Shown here: positions 15,702 to 23,469 of the stretch, in pieces
How positions within the stretch are numbered: position 1 is the first letter of the stretch
Layout: every line of letters begins with the position of its first letter
NCBI GenBank assembly: GCA_002305255.1
Contig: DBQN01000065.1
Location: 2,529 to 34,528 of the forward strand
Length of the DNA stretch: 32,000 nucleotides
Direction of reading: 5' to 3'
From: Firmicutes bacterium UBA1393
Lineage (GTDB): Bacteria; Bacillota; DTU025
Program-made: the position numbers and the translations under genes
The notes under the pieces: generated by a model
The model's database searches: none
The model's input: the letters and a program-made list of their open reading frames with translations, nothing else
What the model was told of the DNA's origin: nothing

Positions 15702-17995
15702 AGCTTGACACCTCCCTTGCCCCTGCGTGCAGACTGACGCGCCCGACCGTATGAACCGGGAAGCACCTGCCTGACCCTGTTGATGACGACAAGCAAACCC
15801 GGTCGCGACGCCGGCACGACAATCTCCCTCATGATTGCCGCAGGCCCGATCCCCCATGCGAGTCCGGCCTCGACCTCGTCCCTATTGCACGGTGCCAGAC
15901 GCCCGGCTGCCAAGCCAGTGGCTGCGCCGAGCAGTGCACCAATCAGGGCGAACGGCCAGCGGCCATAGCCCACCAGGTTGCCTCCGGCAATGGTTGCGCT
16001 GGCCGCCAGGGTCACTGCGCCCGCAATCGCGCAGTACACCACCGCATGCAATCTGTCGCGCCTCAGTCGCCTGCCGGGGCGAGCCATGGCAATCACGCCC
16101 GATGCCAAAGTCGCATGATCGATCACGAGCGCTGCGCCGGTCAGGACGATACACGTCATGCCTGCAATGGTGGCTCGCACGGTGGCGAGAAGCGCGCGCA
16201 CCTCCGCACTCACCCCGCGCGACAGTAGTCCGGCTGGACCTGTGAACACAGTGTATCCATCGCCTAGCTCGGCGGCGATCGCCCTGGTCACGGAGTCTGA
16301 TGGCGCTTCAGCGCGCACGACGAAGCTTGCCTCATCGTCGCCGCCCACCTGACCGTAAAGACTATCAACGGTGGTGATGAGCGCCAGCGCCTGTTCACCG
16401 GTGAGTTCAGGCGCGCTCGAGCGAAGCTGGGCAAAGGCATCGTGAAGCGCTGTGGAATCGAGGCTGGCCAACGACTCAAGCTGTGCCCCGGCCTGGCCTA
16501 CGGCATCACGCAGCGATGCGAGATCCATTGCCTCCAGAGCCCTGACCATCGCCTGAACCGAGACGGTAGCCTCAGTAATGAGACCTGCTCCGCCCGACAC
16601 CTGCCCTGCCGCGCTCTCGATAGACGCAAGCTGCTGGCGGAAGCGGGCGATCTCGCCTCTCCACTTCGCCAAGTCTTCTATGAGCCCATCATAGCTGGAT
16701 GTGATCAGCGAGACACCTGAAGCCACCGTCGACAGCCTGTCAAGGGCCTCGATACTCTTCTCCGCCAGGCTGGCGAGGAGCTTGACTCCGTCGAGACTGA
16801 GCGGTGCCACCCTGCCCGAGCTGTGGCTGTCGAGAGCAGCCTTCAACATCGCCACGGCCTGCTCGGCGCCGTCGAACGAGTTGAGCACGTCGCTCATGGC
16901 CTCAGCCTGCTCCGATGCGGCCCGCGCCGCATCAGCCACACCGGCCGTCGAGCCCTCTATGGCATCGATAGCCTTCTCCATCACCGACGACGCCGAAATC
17001 ACCTCGGCAGGTCCGATGGACGTGCCGCGGTTGTTGGTGGCGTTCACACCACTACCACGATCCTCATCGTCACTCGACGCAGGCACTCTGCCCGACACTA
17101 CCACGCCCAACGCCGTGGAACCGTCGACTGCGGCTATCTCGGCCTCTGCCCTTCCGGTGCCGTAGTTCAACCACACACGGTCTCCGGTCTTCACCGACGC
17201 GCCATCCTCCAGCTCAATCTTGACGCTGGGCGCCCATGACAGGGCGGCTCGGCGCAACACAGCCAGGGCCTCGGGGAGTCGACCGTCAGATGCATCTTCG
17301 TCGGCGTCCCACACACTCACCCGGTCTCGCACACTATCTTCCAGCCCTGCAGCGGCCCCGGTCTCGATATGCTTCAGGATCGCTTCACGCGAGATGTCGC
17401 TTCCGTCTATCGTCTGTACCTGCACTTCGTGGAACTCGTCTAGCAGGTCGTCGATGAGTTCCGATACCTCGGAGACGTTCTCTGCCGAGTCGAGCATCAG
17501 GTGCAGGCTGCTGCCGTCTCTCAGTGTGAACCGAACCCGATCCTCTGCCGCCAGAGCCTCCTGCAGTGCCCCTGCCGCTGCGCCTGATAGCCCTGATACC
17601 GTCACCTTTGGTTCTGCTACGATTGTCTTGCCGAGGTAGCCCGGAACATCTCCTATGGCGCCGAGCGCCCATCTGAACTGGGCGGACTCTGTCCGATCCA
17701 GGTCTATCATGAAGTTCGTCCTGCCCAGTATGGTCATGCCCTCTGTCACGCCCGCCCATCGGGCTGACTTGGCCAGAGCTTTCAGAGCCTGCCTGGCCTC
17801 GAGTCGCATGTCGCTCCTGACATGGACGGCTATGTGGTGATCGCCCTCTTCACCCAGGATGCCGCGGGCTGTACCGGCAAAGAAGCCGTGAGTGGCCCAA
17901 GCTACTGCATAGGCCACAGCTGAACCCAGCACGACTGTGGCAACGACCAGGGCGATGACCTCAGTCACGTACCCTCTGCGCAAGAGAGCGTACAT
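15680..17995 (-). CDS. membrane protein with a ~600-aa extracytoplasmic domain and a C-terminal partial type-I ABC permease (EAA-loop) module
   Basis: ATG 17995 (GGGGGTG 6 nt upstream). N-terminal TM VTEVIALVVATVVLGSAVAYAVAW. Mixed alpha/beta segments are followed by ~250 aa of Ala/Ser/Leu-rich helical repeats (AIDAIEGSTAGVADAARAASEQAEAM... LASLAEKSIEALDRL... QLASIESAAGQVSG...). Three C-terminal TM helices are followed by RLAPCNRDEVEAGLAWGIGPAAIMREIVVPASRPGLLVVINRVRQVL, which resembles the EAA-x-x-x-G...I-x-LP coupling loop of HisM/GlnP-type permeases. Confidence 0.7.
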   Translation of the reverse strand: MYALLRRGYVTEVIALVVATVVLGSAVAYAVAWATHGFFAGTARGILGEEGDHHIAVHVRSDMRLEARQALKALAKSARWAGVTEGMTILGRTNFMIDLDRTESAQFRWALGAIGDVPGYLGKTIVAEPKVTVSGLSGAAAGALQEALAAEDRVRFTLRDGSSLHLMLDSAENVSEVSELIDDLLDEFHEVQVQTIDGSDISREAILKHIETGAAAGLEDSVRDRVSVWDADEDASDGRLPEALAVLRRAALSWAPSVKIELEDGASVKTGDRVWLNYGTGRAEAEIAAVDGSTALGVVVSGRVPASSDDEDRGSGVNATNNRGTSIGPAEVISASSVMEKAIDAIEGSTAGVADAARAASEQAEAMSDVLNSFDGAEQAVAMLKAALDSHSSGRVAPLSLDGVKLLASLAEKSIEALDRLSTVASGVSLITSSYDGLIEDLAKWRGEIARFRQQLASIESAAGQVSGGAGLITEATVSVQAMVRALEAMDLASLRDAVGQAGAQLESLASLDSTALHDAFAQLRSSAPELTGEQALALITTVDSLYGQVGGDDEASFVVRAEAPSDSVTRAIAAELGDGYTVFTGPAGLLSRGVSAEVRALLATVRATIAGMTCIVLTGAALVIDHATLASGVIAMARPGRRLRRDRLHAVVYCAIAGAVTLAASATIAGGNLVGYGRWPFALIGALLGAATGLAAGRLAPCNRDEVEAGLAWGIGPAAIMREIVVPASRPGLLVVINRVRQVLPGSYGRARQSARRGKGGVKLCSECKT

Positions 17996-18088
17996 GCAGC
18001 TCACCCCCGTTTCAACAGGATTATACCATCGGGGGTGAGCTGCGAATGCCACTTATTTGGGCCTGAATTGGTAACTCCTACTCTATCT

Positions 18089-18820
18089 CTAGATCGAGAA
18101 CACTATCTCCATTGACTTGCCTTCGGCCTCCAGGCGGTCTCTGTCAGTGTAGATGGTGGCCTTGTCGCACTTGATGCTCTCGTTGTCTTCACCCTTGATG
18201 GTGACGGCCCCCGACAGCACCACTGACTTGGCGGATGATGAGTACACTGCGTGATCGCACTGAGCCGTCTGGCCGCCCTTGCCGAGTGTCACTTTGCCGT
18301 CAGCCTCGAAATCCTGTGTGGCCGTGGATATCTTCAGTGTGCTGCATGCTAGGGTGATGGTGCTGGTAACGGGCTTGCCGGCAGCGTCTCGTTCCTGCTG
18401 CTCTTCTAACTTTGTGAGACGGACGTTACCCGACATCGTGGCCTCATCGGCCTTCATGTTGATGTTCATGGCGTCGGACGTGAGCCTAACATCGCCCTGC
18501 ACAAGCGTCACACCGCCGGTGAGTAGTGCGGTTCCTGCCGACATGTTCACCGTGGCTTTGTCGGCGGTGATCCGAATATCGTCGTATTCGATGCTCAAAC
18601 CGCCCTCGATGATGGTGTCGCCCTTGGCGCCCTGGTGAGTGAGGCGGCTATCTGCAGTGACCTTAACCGTCTTCGCCGCCGCCGCCGGTAACGACAACAG
18701 CACGCAAGGCATGACGACTGCCAGCGTCAGCGCCAGCACCAGCAGCGCCCTCCTGTAAAACCCTGATCTCACGCTCATCCCTCCGATCCATGCTCTGTGG
18801 CTCTGTGTTGGGTCAGTCAC
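18089..18820 (-). CDS. lptA: LptA-like periplasmic OstA-fold protein
   Basis: Signal peptide ...ALLVLALTLAVVMPCVLLSLPAAAA. Repeated OstA-type strands follow (VKVTADSRLTHQ..., IRITADKATVNMSAGTALLTGGVTLVQGDVRLTSDAMNINM..., AQCDHAVYSSSAKSVVLSGAVTIKGEDNESIKCDKATIY). GTG 18820 overlaps the upstream TGA (GTGA). ATG 18778 is an alternative start. Confidence 0.65.
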   Translation of the reverse strand: MTDPTQSHRAWIGGMSVRSGFYRRALLVLALTLAVVMPCVLLSLPAAAAKTVKVTADSRLTHQGAKGDTIIEGGLSIEYDDIRITADKATVNMSAGTALLTGGVTLVQGDVRLTSDAMNINMKADEATMSGNVRLTKLEEQQERDAAGKPVTSTITLACSTLKISTATQDFEADGKVTLGKGGQTAQCDHAVYSSSAKSVVLSGAVTIKGEDNESIKCDKATIYTDRDRLEAEGKSMEIVFSI

Positions 18821-19479
18821 TCATCCAACTCGAACTCGATGGTGGTAGGCCCCGAAGACTCAAACGACTCCGTCGTAGGGTCGAACACGATGTTGTCGCC
18901 TGTCACCGTGACTCCTCTCTTCGAGTCGGCCAGCTTCAGCAGCATCTCGCCGGCATAGTGGATCCTGTCGGCCGACACATCAAGCTGCAATGAGTCGACG
19001 GTGGCCTCTCCTGCACCGGTGGTGATGACAGCCTCACCCGGCACCACCGCCTTCGACTCCGCCGGCTTCCATATGACCTGTTCCGTGCGGAGCATTGGCT
19101 TTCCTTCCTGCCAGAACTCGACTCCTCCGATCAGTGCGAGCTCCTCGTTTCGCCTGGTATACCGCCCCTGACCGGCAGTAAACGTGAGGTACGGCGCCCC
19201 GTCGCGCATGATCTCGCCATGGGTGATGCCGTCCATGGTGGTAACATCTCCGCGCCGTCCTGACCGCACCGAGTCGGCCTCGATAACCCATGCGGTCACG
19301 CCGTCGGCAAGCCCCTGAATGGTGGCACCAGAGATGTGGAGCCGTACGTCACCGTCGGAGCCAGAGCGAGTGCCGGCAGATGTGGGCTCGGGCCTGTTAA
19401 GCACGAAGCCGTACAGGTACAGGCCGGCCACGATGGCCAGTGCCGCCGCGACCACTACCTTCACGACACGCGTGCTCAT
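18817..19479 (-). CDS. lptC: LptC-like membrane-anchored OstA-fold protein
   Basis: ATG 19479 with GGGAGGAGGAG upstream. A single N-terminal TM (VVKVVVAAALAIVAGLYLYGFVL) is followed by a ~180-aa beta-rich periplasmic domain. It sits immediately upstream of lptA-like, with translational coupling. Confidence 0.55.
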   Translation of the reverse strand: MSTRVVKVVVAAALAIVAGLYLYGFVLNRPEPTSAGTRSGSDGDVRLHISGATIQGLADGVTAWVIEADSVRSGRRGDVTTMDGITHGEIMRDGAPYLTFTAGQGRYTRRNEELALIGGVEFWQEGKPMLRTEQVIWKPAESKAVVPGEAVITTGAGEATVDSLQLDVSADRIHYAGEMLLKLADSKRGVTVTGDNIVFDPTTESFESSGPTTIEFELDE

Positions 19480-19521
19480 AGGCTCCTCCTCCCGATTCTC
19501 TCAGCCGGGCTGCCTCGCCGG

Positions 19522-22500
19522 CTAGTTTGTGAAGATGATTCCGTCTTCGCCCAGTCCGAAACCTAGGGGCATTCCCGGCAGGGCCTTGAGGCGGAACTCC
19601 AGCCATACTCTGCCTGTAGTGTGATCGTACATGAGCGATACTTCGCGGCAGTGCAGGTCTCTGGTCACGCCCACGTTTCCCCTGGTGAAACCGCCTTTCA
19701 CCACGTCGTACACGGCGGCCCACTGCAGCAGCCAATCAGGCGAAAGCCTCAGGTCGGCCGATGTTTCAAGCCGAGACAGCCTTGATGCGGTGAAATCGTA
19801 CGTCGCGCCTGCCTTCACGTTGATCTCTGGCTTGGGCGAAGCCGACACCTTGAACGTGGCTGTGTTGTGGCTTGTCGACGCCGGGTAGAACTTCCCGGTG
19901 GCCTCAAGCGATATTCCCGGCCTCGGCGATGCCGAGGCACTGGCGGTCACGGCCCCGAAGAGGCCTGTCATCATGTCGTACGACGAACCCAGGCTCACCC
20001 TTGCCGGGCCCAGCGTTGATACGAGCGAGGCCGACACGACGCTGGAATCGGTCATCGTATCGAACCTGAATGGAGACTCGCCTGCAACGATAGATCCGGT
20101 GTACCGCACATCGAGACTGAGTCGCTCCGCCGGCGTAAGCTTAGCGCCGGCCGAGAAGGTCGCCCCTGCCCGCCCTGCCGATGCGTAGGAGTAGATGGCA
20201 GCTCGACCAGTGACGCTCGCATTCAGGCTCAGCCAGGGCGCAGGAGTGAGCGTGAGAACAGCGAGCGACAGCTCTGCCTCGCTCTTTGCCGACACGATCT
20301 CCTGCCTGATACCGCTTCGAATCGCATCTTCCTTGTACACTCCGAACAGCACTTTTCCGCCGACTGTCAGTGGCGCGGCGCCTAAGCGAAGCGGTGACAG
20401 GCTTGCCGTGAGCTCCGGTGCTCTTCTCAGCGACCGCCATGGAGGCGGTTGGGCCTCTTCATCATCCTCGTCGTCGCCGTCTTCATCTATGTACACCTGC
20501 TCCTGAAGGAGCGCGGTGTAGCTCAGATTCCCGACTGAAGTTGAAGCAGATGCCCTCAGGTTGATAACGTTCTGTTTCACCACGTCGTTCACGCGGTTGA
20601 GCCGGTAAGATCCATCTGCCACCAACTTGATGATACCGCCAAGCGTCGAAGAGTGCTTCAGCGAGGCAGTGGTGAGCTGAGAGTCGGTGACGGAATCGAC
20701 ATCCTTATGCGACAACGTCATGCTCGTTGACGCGTGGTCGCCGCTGCTCTTGAACGACAGCGTGTAGGTGTTGTCTTCAGAAGGCGTCCCGGCCTGTACG
20801 TAGTCACGGTAGGCATAGCTCGCGGCTGCGGAAGGACCGTCTCTGATCTCGCCGTCGATGGCAAGCTTCAGACTGGTGTCGACAGAAGCCGTCGATCTGT
20901 TGAACAGCTCATAAGCTGACAGGTTCAGATTGTAGTTGCCGGGCGCGTATGTGTGGTCGATGCCCAGCCCAGGCCCGAGAAGTTGAAAGTAGTCGAGGCG
21001 TATCTTGCCCCTCGATTCCGGACTGACGGTGTAGTTGGTCTCGGTGCGTACGTACCAGCCCTCCAGCGCGCTCCAGCCGACCTTGGGCATGGAGAGACCT
21101 TCGCCCTCTTTGAGGGGAATGGTCAGCTTGGGCAGGCGGAGGAGCCTCAAACTGCCCTCGTAGTACGAGACCCCGTACAGCACCACTCTGTCGTCAACGT
21201 ATAGGTCAAGCGACTCCACCGACAGCCGATAGTGCGGTTTCTCCAGCTCGCACGATGTGACGCTCGCATCCTCAAGGTGCAGCACATCGCCTTCCCGCGA
21301 AAGCTCTGTGCCTGCGACATAGAGAAAGCCCTCTACCTGATCGAGCTTGAGCTTCGCACGGGCACCGCCTACCGTCACATCGCCCGTGTCGATGTTGACC
21401 TCTGCTGACTCGCCGGCAAGCTCCTCCTGCCCCTCTGTGATGACCACGGCGCCCACGAACAATGCGGTCTTGGCCTTCACATCGATCTCTGCCCTGTCGG
21501 CCTTGATGACTGTATCATCGAAGGATACCTGCACGCCACCGCTGGCAGTCCAGAGCCCTGACTCCCCGTCGTACACTATCTGCTCGGCGGTAACATGGAA
21601 CGGCTTGCCGCCGGCGGCCTGCGCCGAGACGGGCACAGCCAAACCCAGCAGAAGCATAGCCACGAGCAAGAGCGCCATGGCCGATGGAGGCGTGGGGGGC
21701 GTCGGTGGTGTGGGGGGTGCCGGGCGCCGACGGCCGCGCCGGGGCCTCCGGAGTCCATCCACCCTCGCGATCAGCACCGCCCCCACGCTGGCCAGTGCGA
21801 TGTTGGGAAGCCACGCGGCAACAAGGGGAGGAAGTATCCCTTCCACGCCAATCGACTTGCTCACCGCTGAGATCACGTAATAGCCGAGGGCCAGCAGCGA
21901 GGCCGCGATAACGCCGAAGTAACCTCCCGCGCTCCGTGGCGACTTGGTGATTAATGGCGCACCGACCATCGCGAGCACCAGTGCGGCCAGCGGCTGCGCA
22001 CCTCTGACGTGGTAGTGGACCTCAAGTCCGCTGACACGGGTGCCGCTCCTCTGGAACAAGTCGATGGTCTGTTTCAGCTCGGCCCTAGTCATCTCGGAGG
22101 CTTCCTTCTGGCTGGAACTGAAACCCTGCATGGTAGAGTCCATGTCGACATTCAACTCGTCGAACGCGATGACCATGGTTACTCGACCCAACCGGTCTAG
22201 CTCGTGGATGCGTCCGTTCTCCAGCACCCACGTGCCCTCATCGATTCGGCCCTTTGCGGCAGTGAGCAGGCGCGGGAACGGCGCAGCCTCTGTCTCATAG
22301 ATCATGACCCGCTCGATGACGCCCGCGTCACGGTTCACATGGCCTACGTAGAAGAACCGCTCACCGGGAGCGCGGAAGAATATGTCCTGCTCCACTGCGG
22401 GCATTGACTCACCGTAGACTATCTCTCTCAAGATCCTCTGAGACTGGTGGTTGGCCCATGGGACGATGTTCTCGCTGAGCAAGTACAACCCACCGCTGGC

Positions 22501-22827
22501 AACGGTGGCCAGCGCCAGGAGAGGCAGTATCAGACGCGCGAACGCCACGCCGGCTGCCCTAATGGTAGAGAGCTCAGAGTCTTTGGCGAGGCGCCCCAGG
22601 CAAAGCATCACAGCGAACAGGACCGCGATGGGACCCGCATCTAGAACGATGCCCGGCAGACTGTAAGCGAGCATACGCACTACAGCCAGCACGGGCACGT
22701 CTCTCTGCACTATGAAGTCTACCAGCATGAACAGCTGGCCGCTGAGGACAATGATGATGAATGCCGCGATACACATGGCGAGAGGCGCAATGAACTCACG
22801 CACCACATACCTGTCGAGGATCCTCAT
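19522..22827 (-). CDS. in-frame fusion: LptF/LptG-family permease (aa 1-~356) + linker/internal signal-like helix + LptD-like OstA domain and beta-barrel (aa ~405-1101)
   Basis: N-terminal half: MRILDRYVVREFIAPLAMCIAAFIIIVLSG..., with 3 TM helices, a ~150-aa soluble insert and 3 more TM helices (YjgP/YjgQ layout). C-terminal half: GKPFHVTAEQIVYDGESGLWTASGGVQVSFDDTVIKADRAEIDVKAKTALFVGAVVI (OstA N-domain), SVTSCELEKPHYRLSVESLDLYVDDRVVLYGVSYYEGSLRLLRLPKLTIPL, MPKVGWSALEGWYVRTETNY, then ~500 aa of beta-rich sequence. There is no stop codon anywhere between the halves. Confidence 0.8.
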   Translation of the reverse strand: MRILDRYVVREFIAPLAMCIAAFIIIVLSGQLFMLVDFIVQRDVPVLAVVRMLAYSLPGIVLDAGPIAVLFAVMLCLGRLAKDSELSTIRAAGVAFARLILPLLALATVASGGLYLLSENIVPWANHQSQRILREIVYGESMPAVEQDIFFRAPGERFFYVGHVNRDAGVIERVMIYETEAAPFPRLLTAAKGRIDEGTWVLENGRIHELDRLGRVTMVIAFDELNVDMDSTMQGFSSSQKEASEMTRAELKQTIDLFQRSGTRVSGLEVHYHVRGAQPLAALVLAMVGAPLITKSPRSAGGYFGVIAASLLALGYYVISAVSKSIGVEGILPPLVAAWLPNIALASVGAVLIARVDGLRRPRRGRRRPAPPTPPTPPTPPSAMALLLVAMLLLGLAVPVSAQAAGGKPFHVTAEQIVYDGESGLWTASGGVQVSFDDTVIKADRAEIDVKAKTALFVGAVVITEGQEELAGESAEVNIDTGDVTVGGARAKLKLDQVEGFLYVAGTELSREGDVLHLEDASVTSCELEKPHYRLSVESLDLYVDDRVVLYGVSYYEGSLRLLRLPKLTIPLKEGEGLSMPKVGWSALEGWYVRTETNYTVSPESRGKIRLDYFQLLGPGLGIDHTYAPGNYNLNLSAYELFNRSTASVDTSLKLAIDGEIRDGPSAAASYAYRDYVQAGTPSEDNTYTLSFKSSGDHASTSMTLSHKDVDSVTDSQLTTASLKHSSTLGGIIKLVADGSYRLNRVNDVVKQNVINLRASASTSVGNLSYTALLQEQVYIDEDGDDEDDEEAQPPPWRSLRRAPELTASLSPLRLGAAPLTVGGKVLFGVYKEDAIRSGIRQEIVSAKSEAELSLAVLTLTPAPWLSLNASVTGRAAIYSYASAGRAGATFSAGAKLTPAERLSLDVRYTGSIVAGESPFRFDTMTDSSVVSASLVSTLGPARVSLGSSYDMMTGLFGAVTASASASPRPGISLEATGKFYPASTSHNTATFKVSASPKPEINVKAGATYDFTASRLSRLETSADLRLSPDWLLQWAAVYDVVKGGFTRGNVGVTRDLHCREVSLMYDHTTGRVWLEFRLKALPGMPLGFGLGEDGIIFTN
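21682..21723 (-). repeat. Pro/Thr linker repeat (PAPPTPPTPPTPPS) at the LptF/G-LptD junction
   Basis: The + strand ggcgtggggggcgtcggtggtgtggggggtgc encodes three PPT units on the minus strand. It is preceded by RRPRRGRRR and followed by MALLLVAMLLLGLAVPVSAQA. Confidence 0.8.
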
Positions 22828-22864
22828 CGCGCCATCCCCCGTGAACGCCTTACGACACGCGCTC

Positions 22865-23320
22865 TTACTTGACTCCGCCCTTCTTCAGCACGGCATCTGT
22901 CATATCGATTCCGCCGAGGTGAACTACGCTATCATCAATGACAACGGTCACTCCCTTTTCCTTGGCGACCGCTGCGATGGCAGCCTCAAGGGCCTTCTGG
23001 GCGGGATCGAGCTGAGTCTTGGCATAGTCATTGTACTTCTTGTTGTACTGCTCCAGCAGAGCGGCCTGAGCCTCTTCATCCTGCCCAGTCGCCTTCGAGT
23101 TCAGTTCCTTCTCGAGGGTGGCCTTCTGCTTGGCGATATTCTCCCAGGCAGTCTTCATTGCGGGGAACTCCTGCCCCAATCTGGAGCCGCTGAGCTTTCC
23201 GATTACGACAGGTTCACCGGCCGCATTGAGTACTGCAAGGTTGCTTATTCCCAATCCGATTCCCACCAAGAGAGAACAGATGAAGAGCGTCAGTATGGCC
23301 TTGGGCAGTTTCCTAAGCAT
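22865..23320 (-). CDS. skp: Skp/OmpH-family periplasmic chaperone
   Basis: Signal/anchor LRKLPKAILTLFICSLLVGIGLGI. Lys/Glu/Gln-rich helical arms (AMKTAWENIAKQKATLEKELNSK...LLEQYNKKYNDYAKTQLDPAQKALEAAIAAVAKEKG), ~150 aa in total, directly downstream of bamA. ATG 23320 has AAAGGA 8 nt upstream. The track start ATG 23329 abuts the SD. Confidence 0.75.
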   Translation of the reverse strand: MLRKLPKAILTLFICSLLVGIGLGISNLAVLNAAGEPVVIGKLSGSRLGQEFPAMKTAWENIAKQKATLEKELNSKATGQDEEAQAALLEQYNKKYNDYAKTQLDPAQKALEAAIAAVAKEKGVTVVIDDSVVHLGGIDMTDAVLKKGGVK

Positions 23321-23372
23321 CAAAGTCATCCTTTCTTACATGCCAGTCAAGCAATTGATAGGGTACCGTCGT

Positions 23373-23401
23373 ATTATACAACACCACTCCAACAGTGGCT
23401 A
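23373..23401 (-). promoter_or_regulatory. candidate sigma-A-type promoter upstream of skp
   Basis: On the minus strand: TAGCCA (23401-23396), a 17 nt spacer, then a perfect TATAAT (23378-23373). It lies inside the 140-nt bamA-skp gap, ~45 nt upstream of the skp start. Sequence match only. Confidence 0.25.
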
Positions 23402-23469
23402 GGGCACCTGCGATCAGCCTGCCAACGGTCAGCCGTTCTGTTCAGCCCACACCGGGCTGGGTGGCCGCA

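Noticed and set aside
21619-21678. The possibility that LptD is a separate gene initiating at the internal ATG 21678 (MALLLVAMLLLGLAVPVSAQA)
   Set aside because: There is no stop codon upstream in frame, and no purine-rich ribosome-binding site (upstream is CCCCACGCCTCCATCGGCC). The fusion reading is kept as primary. Independent initiation remains an alternative to test.
21682-21723. G-rich plus-strand repeat (ggggggcgtcggtggtgtgggggg) as a G-quadruplex, microsatellite or CRISPR-like element
   Set aside because: It is simply the complement of three PPT codon triplets in a coding linker. There is no spacer/repeat organisation and no evidence for a structural DNA role.
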